A stretch of DNA of 64,000 nt from Chara braunii (Eukaryota; Plantae; Charophyceae), in NCBI GenBank assembly GCA_003427395.1, contig BFEA01000018.1:53604-117603 (forward strand), written 5' to 3'. This document shows, piece by piece, positions 11,716 through 23,727 of this stretch. The stretch's first letter is position 1. Every line of letters starts with the position of its first letter. The notes below the pieces were generated by a model, which saw only the letters and a list, made by a program, of their open reading frames with translations, was not told the origin of the DNA and made no database searches. Both the position numbers and the translations under genes were made by a program.

Positions 11716-12900
11716 GTCTCCCTTACCAAGAAGATGGGGGCGCGCACACTCCCTCGGTGATTTAGTTATCAAGAATTGTCGGGGGCGCGCGCTCAGGTCG
11801 AGGCTGTCACCCTGCACCCCCCCCCCGCACTCGGTTCTCCATGGCTTCTCCCTCTTCACCGGGGCACCCAGCGATCCACCAATGGGAGTGCTGGAGGTCA
11901 TTCCCGACCCCCCCCTTTTTCTCTTTTGAGGTCAGACCCGTTAAGAGGACCGACGACTGTTCTCCCCATGGCCTTTCCGCTCCCCTTTGCCGGCCGGTTC
12001 ACCCTCGAGGTGTCACCCGGTTCCTTATTGATGGCAGCGGTCTGATCCCCACCTCTCCCGGAGTCCCTGCCGCCTTTCCCCCTTGCAGCGTGGCTTTTGC
12101 CCCGACCTTCGTTATGGAGCTGTCTCAGGACGATCTTCGGATCAACTAGTGCCGGCTGATTCCCTTTTAGTGATCTCACTCCGTCCCTGTGGTCGAGGCC
12201 CCCCCCCCCCAATCGATCCGTAGGCCGGGCGTGGCCCACCTTCCTTTGCTTCTTAGCTTCCATCTACTCGATTTAATCTCCATCTTCACAAGCTCCTTTT
12301 GCTGTGTGGGTCTCCGATCGATCGCAGAGAATTATCTGGCAGACGCCCGTGCTATGCCTTGGTCATGGGTATACTTCTTCTTGCATGGCGGCCCTTCTCC
12401 CCAAACGCGCAGCCTGTTCCAAGAGTCGACACGTGGCCACCACCCCGCATGGTCGTCGTTAAAATCTCACCCGATCTCCGGGTACCGCAGACCGGGCTAG
12501 GTACGAGCAGGCCCCGGTATGTACACCCGCGGTAGCCCGGTGGTCACTCATAACTGGGGTCCCGGATCTTCACAGGACACCCATTTTTTATCGGATCTTA
12601 GCCCACCCCGATGCACCTCTTCCACCCGCATTTTTCAGATTTTGACGCAGAAACTTCAAATTTTCACGATTCGCCCAAGCCCTCCTGCGACCAAGATTCG
12701 GACCGTCACTCCGGCCCATCGAAGGGTAAGTACGAAGGCCCGGATGTCCGAGGACATCCATAACATCATACCCACATGCATGCATACGTCAAAAAAAACA
12801 CAAAAAAACAGCAAAGGAAAAAAAAAAGTTCTTTATTTCAAAGAGAAAAAGCCATCGGCTGGTAGGCAGCCGCCCGACACCAGTTTTTTCTCTAAAAACA

Positions 12901-13180
12901 GGAGGGAGCGGTTCTAGCCACAATAGGCGGCTAGATCCGTCCTCTTTGAACTTCACCGAACTTGGCGAATTTGGAAGCCCGCCCCCAACTTACCTGGCCT
13001 TACCGCTGCGCGACGCCCTGGCGGAGTGATGCTGGCAAGCGATGCAAGGTAGAGAGGTGGCGACACCCGTGGAGTTGTTGTGGGCGGAGGGAGCGGTTCT
13101 AGCCACAATATGCGGCTAGATCCGTCCGCTTTGAACTTCGCCCTTGGTTAGCGAACTTGGTGAATTCGGAAGCCCGCCCC
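12901..13180 (+). repeat. Direct repeat, ~90 bp x2
   Basis: GGAGGGAGCGGTTCTAGCCACAATA.GCGGCTAGATCCGTCC at 12901 and about 13087. Confidence 0.85.
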
Positions 13181-13796
13181 TGACTTAGGGCATCGTTCGA
13201 CACTCCTTGGGGACGCGATTCTGAGGATTCCATCGTCGTTCCACCTGTCCTCGGAGCCGATTTTCGGAACAGAAATGTGAAAACACTCTGAGGACAAATC
13301 CTTGGGCTCCGAGGATTTCCCTGCCAAATCGTCCTCGACTCCAAAGGACCTCGCGAGGTCCTTTGGAGCCCGAGGATCCGCGATTATCGGGGTGTCGGCG
13401 GCAAGTCCAGAAGGAAAAATGGAGGTCGAAGGTGGTCCAGTGGTGGTCCACCGGCCGGAAGACGGACATCGCGGGCCGTCCTCGTCCAAAACGTCCACCA
13501 ACGGCCTCGTCGTTTTACCTTTGGCGGTGATTGGCGGTACGGCCTTGTCGGTTCGTCGGGCGGCCCCACGGTGGTACCGTGGCTAGCATCGGACGTCTTC
13601 GGCCGGGTCCTGGAGGGGTCGTGGCATTCCCGCCGGCTTCCCAACGGTCGAAAATACGGATTTTTTAAGCGTCCTCCCCCAGCCAGTGCTTGCAGCAATT
13701 TCGTACTTTGGCGTCTTCCATCTCGCAACGTGTGTCTCCGGTCGCCGCGATCGCGACAACGCAAGTGCGTGTTCTGTCTCGAGTGGCCAGTCGTTC

Positions 13797-15450
13797 ATGG
13801 CTGACCCGTTCCGCAGGCTGCCTTTGCTGCTGCTCGTCGCTGTGCTGCTGCTTGCCGTTGTCGTCTTCCATATCTGCATCCTCGGGCGCGTCCCTGGGAG
13901 GAAACAGACGCGGCGAACACCGAAAACGGGCAGGAAAATGGAGAAACCATAGACGAAGACCACGCTGTCCGTAGGGGCTGGGGGTTTGTCACGTCAGCGT
14001 TGCAGCACTGCGGAAGGCGGCAGGCGGCCGTACGACCCAACGCTGTACAGCCATCTGCCGTCCCACGAGATTCCGTTGCCTCCGAGTGACGACGACGGCG
14101 ACGACCCCCGATCCTCAACGGTTGCTCTGGGAAGCGGTTCGACGCAGGATTGGATGGGAAGCCAACTGTACAGACAGTCATCGACGCCGACGTACACTGA
14201 TCTGCTGGAGGGGCGGACCCTGATTGGTTATGACGCAGGACTCGAAAATCTCAGCTTCAGTTTGAGGTCTGGGAGTGCAGAGGACGTCACACACACCGTT
14301 CTCGTGAACCTAGCTTCCGGCACCAGCCACGCACCGCCTTGAGTGGGGCCGTCGGGCCTTCCTGATACCCGCGCCTAGTGTTTTGGTCAGTTGGGCGATG
14401 AACGTGGAGTCCTTTCACGAAGGCGGGGGGCAGTGGGCACAGCAAGTGTGGCTGCGTCGAGGACCAGGACAGGTGGATCGACGACGCTAGCCGGTAGAAT
14501 CGACGGACGAGGGGACGACCGAAGGCTCCGCTACGGAGGTCGTGGGACAAAAGGTTTGGGATGATCATCGGCGACAATCGCGCCAATCGAGTACGTCCGC
14601 CATAACGAGAGGGTTGGCGAACATTAATGTGAAGGCGGACGATATATTCAGCGATTGTGATGGTGCAGGGGGCAAAATTGTGCGGCACGCGACGGGAGCA
14701 ATGACAACGACGACGACGACGAGGAGATGGGGATTCGTCCGATAGGGATGAAGCCGGGAGGGTCAAGGGCCACAAACAAGCCTACAGAACCGCGTGTGGG
14801 GCAGAGAGGCAAGAAGGGTGCAGGGGATACGTCGGCAGGTGAGGTAGCAAAAAGCAGGGATTTTTGGACCGTGGACCACATGATTGCTCCGATCCGAGCT
14901 AAAAGAGACCAGGATTTGCATCTGGTCGGCCTCGGACACGACAGCGGAAGGATGAAGACGAAGACATGGAAGTGGGACGACATTAAGAAGAGGCTCGTGC
15001 AGATGGGGGCGACGAGTAGAAAGGCCGAGGACTGCGGGAAAAAATGGGACAACCTGTACCAGCAGTTCAAAACTGTGCACAAGTTAATGGGAGAATCGGG
15101 GAAGCCAAATTTCTTCACACTAACGTCGGGGGAGAGGAAGGAGTGGGGGTTCGATTTTCGAATGGATGAGTGTATGTATTCGGAGATGAAGGCCATGTCC
15201 AGGGGCGATCACACTATACACACCACGAATCTCGCGGACACAGCTGTGGCCAGAGGTGATCAAATGCCCTTCCCACGTGGAGGTCGGAATGAATCCGGCG
15301 ATAGTGAGGGATGCGGGGATGGACAAGACGACGATCAGGGATCGACGAGGGATTCAATGTTCAGCGGCGTTGGTGGTGGCGGGGGCGGCAAACGGAAGAA
15401 TGAAAGACAGCAGACCTTCGACACGATTGCAGACGTCATGAAGGACCACG
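13797..15450 (+). pseudogene. Degenerate Myb/SANT-like (trihelix) ORF, probably PIF/Harbinger-derived
   Basis: ORF 14727-15488 contains W-x(n)-KW..I...L......R....C..KWDNL, a trihelix/Myb_DNA-bind_4 pattern. Upstream frames are broken by stops and frameshifts, and the 3' end is truncated by a Gypsy RT fragment. Confidence 0.75.
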
Positions 15451-16011
15451 CACTATTCGAGGCTCCGGTTGTAAACCCTTGTCAGTAACCATGAGGCCCA
15501 TGAATGAAATCCTCATCAGGAAGAACCGACACTTCTCAAGAGTAACCTTGAAACCCACATCCTTCAACGCATGCATCGTCCACTCGATGTATTGCACATG
15601 TCATTCATAGGTGCTTGAATACACTAAAATATTGTCCATATACACGATCATACAATAGTTAATGATGCTTTACGCCCAATACATTTTTTACCATAGTTTT
15701 GGAAAACCATATTCATCGTGTGCTGAAACGTAGCTGCCACGTGATGCATTGCGGATGCCCATTGGGCATCGGACCCATTGCCAAACTCCTTAAAAAAGAA
15801 TGAACCATGTTTTCAGACGGCCTTCCTTTTTTATGAGAAGGTGATGAAAGCCATGCCGGACATCAAACTTGCGAATGGTGAAAAAGCGCGCACATCCAAT
15901 AACATCCACAAACTCGTCAATCCGAGGGAAGGGATAAACATCTTTAACCCAGCTATCATTTAGTTTGCATCAACTTTGCGATAAGCAATGCAAATCCAAA
16001 TTCCTTTCATC
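15450..16011 (-). pseudogene. Old Gypsy reverse transcriptase fragment (part 1)
   Basis: Manual translation gives KDVYPFPRIDEFVD...KFDVRHGFHH...CPMGIRNA...IVYMDNILVYS...LEKCRF, with stops and frameshifts. Confidence 0.85.
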
Positions 16012-16165
16012 CTATGTATCCCCCGCGGTCGCAGCCGCGGGGTCAGGCTCGGAGGGCGGCTGTGTTCATCGCCGCATCCGCAGCTGGGGTAGGCCACACT
16101 GCAGCCACGTTTTTACATGATTTTTCCCGTAAAAAAAAATAGGCAAATATATATATATATATATA

Positions 16166-16937
16166 CAAGATCACCAACCCGTATGTACGGAGGTCCCCGG
16201 GCAGACCTCCGTACGTACGTGCGTTTGGGGTCCCGTACGGGGTCCGAACCCGACGGCGTTCGGCCCCCGCCAAAAATTATTTCGGGGCCTAAAAGTAAAT
16301 ATTTTTTTCTGATTTGTTTTCTGTGAGTTCTCTGTAACGTGAGGTACATACCTGTAAATTTTTAAGTCATTTGGCTAAGCCAAATAAGAATTAAAAATCG
16401 CCAAAGATGGCGGTGTCAAAACGTGCTCACCCACGCATTTTTTCAATTTTTACTTTTTGTTTATACTTCAATTCAGGGTCTAAACAATTTTATTATTTTT
16501 TGAAACTTTTTTAGTGGGTTTTGTATTCTGTGAAGTACACATCTGTAAATTTTCAGGGCACTTATTTATGCCCAAAACAAATGAAAAATCGCCAAAGATG
16601 GTGGTGTCGAAAACATGCTCACGCACTCACTAAATTTAATTCTCTTTTTATTTTTATTTATTTTTATTATTAATTTATTAGTATTTATTTTCCGTATTTT
16701 ATTTTTATTTCAAATTTGGTAAGGAATTCGGATGTAATGCTCAGGCAAATCTTCTTTAATTTATTTTTCTCCATAACATATCGTTTTTTCAAACTTTTTT
16801 TGATGAATTTTTTTTTATTTTTTTATTTTTTTTGGGTCCGCGTTCGGCCCGAACGGCCAAACGCATCCCCAAGGGGTCCCATACGTTCGAGCGTTCGGGT
16901 TCGGGCGTTCGGCATGTCCCGAACGCCGGTTGCCCTG
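16166..16937 (+). mobile_element. hAT-like MITE (E1) inserted in (TA)n
   Basis: Ends ...GGTTGCCCTG, has GC-rich CCGAAC/GTTCGG subterminal repeats and an AT-rich core, and is homologous to 17502-18280. Confidence 0.7.
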
Positions 16938-16947
16938 TATATATATA

Positions 16948-17470
16948 TGAAACTCCGACGAAGCAGTTTGTCACAGCCCCTCGTTTGTTGTCCTCTTCTC
17001 TCTGTCTACCTACGGTTTTACCGGGCAGTTCTGTTTGTGACGATATATACTACGACTTCGTTAGCTTCCTGCTACGATTTTTTCCGGTCAGGTCGAGCGG
17101 CAGTGGTCGGGGCCGTTACTAGGCGGCCATGCTGTGCCTCTAGTGCCAGCGGCGTGTCTGAAGTGTATTTTTTGGCTGTGACAGACCTTTCTTTGTTTCA
17201 TGGATGTTTTGCTGGCTTGTGATGGGGTGTGAACCGAGAGTCTGTAGAGTTTTCCATCTAGTCTGGGTGAGTGATAGTCTACTTTGATTTTGGTTAAGGT
17301 AGATTATCATTTACAGTGTAATTAGTGAGGGGATTCTGCAGACTGTTGAGGGTTCAGCCTCCTGATGAGTCGGTGAAACTCCGACGAAACAGTTTGTCAC
17401 AGCCCCTCGTTTGTTGTCCTCTTCTCTCTCTCTGCCTATGGTTTTACCGGGCAGTTCTGTTTGTGACGAT
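16948..17470 (+). mobile_element. Hammerhead-carrying non-autonomous retroelement, ~1.2 units of a 426-bp monomer (retrozyme or Penelope-like)
   Basis: 16949-17049 is repeated at 17375-17475; (TA)n flanks both sides; contains a complete hammerhead. Confidence 0.8.
17338..17397 (+). ncRNA. Type III hammerhead ribozyme
   Basis: GCAGACTGT-T(cleavage)-GAGG gttcag CCTC-CTGATGA-GTCGG tgaaact CCGAC-GAA-ACAGTTTGT. All core nucleotides and stems I-III are present; predicted cleavage is after 17347 (GUU). Confidence 0.92.
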
Positions 17471-17501
17471 ATATATACATATATATATATATGTATATAT
17501 A

Positions 17502-18280
17502 CAGAGGGTTACCTGACCGAACGTCCTGGGGCCCCCGGGCTGACCCCCGAACGTTTGGGCGTTCGGGGTCCCGTTCAAGGGCCGAACACCTCCAGGTTCG
17601 GCCCCCGCCAAAAAACAAATGGGGCCTAAAAATGATTTATTTTTTTTGAATTTGTTTTTGTGAGTTTTCTATGATATAACCTACCCGCCTATAAATTTTG
17701 AAGGCATTCTGCTGAGTTTAAAAAACACTAAAAATCGTCAAAGATGGGGGTGTCAAAACGTGCTCGCCAACTCACTATTTTGTTTTTTTTCACTATTAAC
17801 TTTTTGTTTTCACTTTATTCCAAGGCCTAAAAAAAATTATTAATTTTTTGAAAAAACTTTAGTGAGTTATTGATTATGTAAACTACATATCTGTAAATTT
17901 TCAGGGCATTTGTCAATGCCAAAAAATAATTAAAAATCGGCAAAGATGGCGGTGTCGAAAAGGTGCTGGCACACTCACTCATTTTAATTCTCTTTTTATT
18001 TTTTCTTATTTTTATCATAGTGTTTATTTTCTGTATTTCATTTTTAATTCAAATTTGGTAAAGAATTTGGATGTAGTGCCTAGGAAAATGTTGTTTAGTT
18101 TATTGTTCTCCATAACATATTTTTGTTTCGGAATGTTTTGAAAACATCATTTTTTTTTTATTTTTTTATTTTTTTTTGGTCCGCGTTCGGCCCAGACGGC
18201 CGAACGCGTTCCGAAGGGGTCCCCTACGTTCGGGTGTTCGGGTTCGGGCATTCGGCTCGTCCCGAACGCCGATAACCCTG
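17502..18280 (+). mobile_element. hAT-like MITE (E2) inserted in (TA)n
   Basis: Termini CAGAGGGTTACC ... GATAACCCTG; homologous to E1. Confidence 0.75.
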
Positions 18281-18295
18281 TATATATATATATAT

Positions 18296-18400
18296 ATGAG
18301 TCGGTTAAACTCCGACGAAACAGTTTGTCACAGCCCCTCGTTTGTTGTTCTCTTCTCTCTCTCTGCCTACGGTTTACCGGGCAGTTCTATTTGTGACGAT
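18296..18400 (+). mobile_element. 5'-truncated copy of the hammerhead element in (TA)n
   Basis: ATGAGTCGGTTAAACTCCGACGAAACAGTTTGTC...GTGACGAT lies between TA tracts. Confidence 0.85.
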
Positions 18401-18663
18401 ATATATATATATATATATATATGGGGTTGTAGGGTTTTTCAAACCCTACAACCCCATACTTTGTTTTAAGGAAACAATGAAGGAGGAGAGAATAAATTTT
18501 TTTAAGAAGCAAAAAAAAAGAGTTTTTTTTGGAGGGGGATTTTTTGTTGGCAGTTCTTTGTCTTGTTCGATTTTACGTTTTTTTTTTTCTTTTTTAATAA
18601 GAAAAATATCAAGGAATGAAAAAAAAAAAGAAAGTACCGTTATTTTGCAATCACAATTAGTAT

Positions 18664-18703
<40 letters not shown>

Positions 18704-18732
18704 GGTGGTGCGCGGTGGGGGGGCGACCCCTC

Positions 18733-20012
18733 TGTTATGAACCCAGTCCTGACAGATACTCAGAAGTCGTCAAATATCAGTAAACTCAATATCTGCATCA
18801 AAGTCTTCAAATCGTGAAGTGATAACTTAAACAGTATCTCATTACCATCAAAAGAAAGAGAGTGGAGGGAGAACAGACAAAGGAGAAGATGAGAGATCAC
18901 ACAGTAATAGACTCTTCAGATCCCTCTCCATCTTCAGGCTTCTTCCCTCTCCACGTCAACAGTGATAATATGTATATTCCTGATCACACACAATAGTGCC
19001 ATGTGACACTTTATCTCATGAGCACTCCGAAGACACAACATATTTCCAGTGATGATGTCAACCTCAGGTGAGTACCCGATTCCCTACATCCACATATCCC
19101 GATCTTCCTTATCCTCGCAACCAGTCATCTCATGTAGACAGCGTGGACAATGCCACATCAACAATCGAAACATGTGGCATTCACCACATCATCAATGTAG
19201 ACTAGTAGCAGCGCCACGTAAACCAGAGGCAGCGCCACATCAGCATGCCACGTAGACCAGAGGCAACGCCACGTCAGCATGCCACGTAGACCAGAGGGAG
19301 CGCCACATCAGCATGCCACGTAAACCAGAGGCAACACCACGTCTGCATGCCACGTAGACTAGAGGCAGCGCTACATATACCAGAGGCAGCGCCATGTCAG
19401 CATGCCACGTAGACCGGAGGCAACACCACACATATTACAGGCAACGCCACGTCAGCCAAAGGTAGCGCCACATATACCTGAGGCAGTGCCACGTCAGCAT
19501 AGCCTAGCGCACTGAGAAAGCGCCAGCATGCTGCCTCCACCTCGTGCTGTCGCCCGCAGCGCCTGCGCACAGCCAACATGTAGCTAGCGTGTAACCAAAG
19601 TCGAGCCTGCGTCAAATCAGCATACCAAGACTGAATGCCTTGACTTCCTCGAGGCGAGCCTTAAGTAGTAGTCAGCGAGGTTGTCTGGCCTAGGTGCATT
19701 TCCCCTCAGTCGTCCAGATTGACTCACAGCTGACGACCCAGATTGTACAATTGCAGACTTCTCCTTTGGGCCTGATGCTGTTTGGGTACCCGTGTACAAA
19801 CAAGTGTGTGTGCTTCACCTGCGGTCCGGGCTTGGTACCTTTAGGCTTTGACTGTAAGGTGGACTGACAGTTGGCCAAAGTCAACTGTCACACGCTCAGG
19901 CCCTGAATTCGTGAAGGGTCTTTTCTGCCCTGGTTCGGCCTGGGCTGAGGGCAGCCAAGTAGGCCTTCTGTTGACCCTCAATTCCACGAGACATATAACA
20001 TAGGTTATTGCA
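18733..20012 (-). repeat. 3' LTR
   Basis: TGTTATGAACCCAGTC ... GGTTATTGCA; direct repeat of 27864-29195. Confidence 0.95.
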
Positions 20013-20079
20013 TTCATGGCGTTCCAATTTTCGATTTCCATCGTAGAAATTACATTAATTCTCAGTTAACCCACGTTCA

Positions 20080-23000
20080 TATGCAGCAACAATATCATAG
20101 CAGTGGGTAGAAGTTCTTTCCTACTAAACCATGTAACTTCAGATGGGGGTTGGGACTTGAACGTTACCTTATACTGCTTCTAAGGTCGTCCTCTGCCATC
20201 TGTAGAGAAATAGCTATGCTCCAATATTTTCTCAACTTCATAGCCGCCATTCTTAGAGGGTGGAATCATAGATGGCCTATTTGAAAAATCATCACTTCCT
20301 ACATAAGGTAGCAGTTTAGACGTATGGAAGACAGGGTATGTCCTGAGGTGTGGAGGTATATCTCCACGATAGGAAGGTTCATCTTCTCCTCCAATTACTT
20401 TGAGAACTTCCTAGAGCCCATAGTAGACATGTAGCAGTTTCTGAGACACGTTCTCTTCCAAGGAAAATTTTTTAGACTTACCCCAGACAAAGTCCCCTTC
20501 TTGGAATTGTGAACGGCGATGATGTTTATTAGCTTGTTGAATCATTTGCAACTGGTTTTTTTGTACGTTTTCCTTTACCTTCTTAATGTCTTCTTCATAC
20601 AGAACTGTAAATTCTCACGTACCTGGGGGTAGCCTCTGAATCTGGTCCTTTGTTAAAGCATGAATGAAATGTCTAGATTTCCAACCTTTATGCAGTGCGT
20701 TAGGTGTTCTACCTGTGACAATATGTATACTGTTATTATATGCACTTACAATTTTAGGCAAGTTCTCATCCCAGTCAATCTGATACGGACGGACAAACAT
20801 TGAATTTCGTAAAAGTTATTGACAGAGACGATTCATTTGCTCAGTTTGGTCATTCGTGTCAGGATGTCTGCCTGACGACATGGTCAACCTGGTTCCATAG
20901 ACTTCCATCAATTTTTGTCATTGTAGAATGATGAACCGAACATTTCTATCTGATATGATGGTTTTGAAAAATTCATACTTAGAGACCCATCACATTTGAA
21001 ACTTTTGTATGACTAGTTCGGTTCTAGCTTCAACGAGTGAAGGAATGAACATAATATACTTAGAGAATTTATCGACGATTACCGTTACCCGACTATTGTC
21101 GTTTCGACTCTCAGTGAGGCTCATAAAGTCAATTGAGATAGACTCACCTAACTCACTTGGAATAGGCAGTGGTCGTAATAGTCCCATCGGATTCTAATGT
21201 GACGGCTTGTTCCTCTGACAGACAAGACAAGTCCCCATATACGTTAGTACATCTCCCTTCATTTTTTTCCACTCAAAACGTTCTCGCACATCAGCATACG
21301 TCTTCTTAAAACCAAAGTGACCTTCTGCATCATGACATTCTCCAATGATTAAGCTCCTGATTGGTTCTAGGTGAGGAACACACAATCGTTCTTCAGTTTT
21401 ATCCAGTAAGAAAAGTAAGCCATCAGTCATTCGATATTCTGGAAGCAACTCAAGGTCCTTTCGCAGAGTATCAATGATAGGACTCCAAATAGGATCATTC
21501 CCATATCCCTGGCGGATCTGTTCTTTCAATTCATTTCCAATATCGAGATAAGAGACAATAATTCGAAAGAAATTTGCACGTCTGGACAAAGCATCCTCAA
21601 CTACGTTAGACTTACCTTTTATGGTTTTCACCTCAAAGTCAAATGTGTCAAGGAATGCGGACCACCTTACCAACCAGTCGGAGAGTTTAGGTTGAGTCTT
21701 GATCCACTTCAATGTAGAGTGATCAGAGTAGACAGTGAAATGTCTTCCTAGCAAGTAATGCTTCCAGATATCTAGTGCAGCTACTTAGGCATACAGTTCC
21801 CTTTCATATGTAGAGTTGGTTACTTTTTCTGACGGAAGTCTTCTCGACATAAACTCAACAAGTCTATATACTTTCTCGTCATCCTGCAGTAGCACAACCC
21901 CAATCCCATAGTGACTTGCGTCAGTCGTGATAATGAAAGGAAGCGAAGGGTCAGCAATCTTTAGGACAAGGTAGTAAGTTAGAGTATGTTTTAACTTCCG
22001 AAATGATGACTCACAGTCTTTGTCCCACAACCAAGGTTTTTCCTTCTTCAATTGTTTCCTCATAGAAGCGACTATCTAAAAGAAGTTACTGACGAACTTC
22101 CTATAATAGCTAGTTAGTTCTAAGAAAGACCTTAGTTCAGTTATAGTCTTGGGTTATGGTCAATCTCTGATTGTTGTAATTTTTTTTTCGTCACGCCTTA
22201 ATTCTTCCTCGTTTACTATATGCCCTGCGTACAAAATTTCAGGCTTAGCAAACTAAGACTTCTTCGGATTCAGTTTGAAATTGTCCTCACGCAACTTCTG
22301 CAAGACTATTCGTAGGTGTTTTTCATGATCCTCTAGTGTTTTGCTATACACTAGAATGTCATCGAGATAGACTATTACGAACTGGTCAAGCCATTGACGA
22401 AATAACTCATTCATTGATCTTTGAAAAGTTGCAGACGCATTGGTCAGACTGAAAGGCATAACCACGAACTCGTAGTGACCATACCTGGTTTGGTAAACTG
22501 TCTTGTGTTGATCCTCAAGAGCCACCTCAATCTGGTGATACCTTGATTTTATATCAATCTTACTGAAGTATCTACACCCCTGCAACTGATCCAATAAATC
22601 GTCAATGCGTGGAAGAGGTTCCACGTTTTTAACCGTGACGAAATTCAGCCCGTGATAATCAATACATAAACGAAGTTCACCTTCCTTTTTGGGCACGAAT
22701 AAGACATACGCACGATAAGGAGATGAGCTAGTATGAATCCATCCTTTATCACTAAGTTCTTGCAGCTGCTTCCGCAATTCCTCAAGTTTCCTAAGAGACA
22801 TTCAGTAGATGGGACCCTTAGGAATTTTGCTTATGAGAATAATCTCGATGGTGTGCTTGATAGCGCGCTCAGTAATTCCCGTCGGCTCAGTCCGCAAGTC
22901 CTTGTACTCATCAAGAAGTTTCTCGATAGAGAGTGGATAAGATGAAGAACATTCACCAACTCGCTTAACAAACACCATCATCACCTCTTGATCCAAGTCT

Positions 23001-23727
23001 TCTTTACTACCATTAATCGGAAAGCTCGGTAACCCATACAACAGAAAGACGGAATAGAGTCAGAGTCAGACTTATGATACAACTTTATCGCACATAATTC
23101 AAACTTCTCCTTCTTGAGTTTGACAATTTTATCTTTGAACTTAACTTCTGGGTTGGCTTCCTCATGCCAATCCATACCCAGAATTAAGTCAAAGGGTAAA
23201 TTCTTCTCAATTAGGAAGGATATCTCGTGTAGAATCTTCTCATCTTCCTTTGTGTTGAAATAGCACTTGACACAATCGACGTATTGAGAGACAGTAATCG
23301 TGCTCTTGTCAGCTAGTATAGACGTAATAGGTCTAGGTAAATCTTTTACCTTCATTCCCAGATGCAACTTACGAATTGCCTTCTCTGAGATATAAGACCG
23401 CGTCGATCCTGGATCTTACAGGGCACCTACTCGGGTGTGCGCAATCTCAATGTCCGCAATCATCAACTCACTTTTAGACTTCGTTTTCTTTGTCCACAAG
23501 CTCCGTAGTGCTATCAGTTCATTGCGGAGTTCGTAAAGGGAATCGTCCAGTGAGACTGAACAGAGTACTGTGTCAGGGTGGTCTGAACGATGGGTGGAAG
23601 AAGAGTCATCCTCTGCCTTGAGAGTCGAAATGATAGAAGGGGTTATAGGCGTCTTTCCTTTGTTTTTGTCTAATCCCGTAAACTCAGTAAGAGCAGATGC
23701 TACTCCTACTGGCTGCTCACTTTTGGG
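20080..23727 (-). pseudogene. pol: pol (protease, RT, RNase H, integrase, chromodomain), with stops and frameshifts
   Basis: AL*DPGST (protease); LPRIDDLL and [10 protein letters not shown] (RT); TDAS and SDH (RNase H); H..GH...C..CQ (integrase zinc finger); YEVEKILEH...YKV.F...TW (chromodomain, about 20080-20270). Confidence 0.95.

Noticed and set aside
9843-13790. Host gene in the many overlapping GC-rich ORFs
   Set aside because: No recognisable domain; the ORFs are low-complexity, overlap in several frames and coincide with tandem repeats.
16949-18400. Three ~100-bp repeats separated by spacers, superficially CRISPR-like
   Set aside because: The repeats are too long, the spacers are transposon or monomer sequence, the context is eukaryotic and there are no cas genes. 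They are explained as hammerhead element copies.
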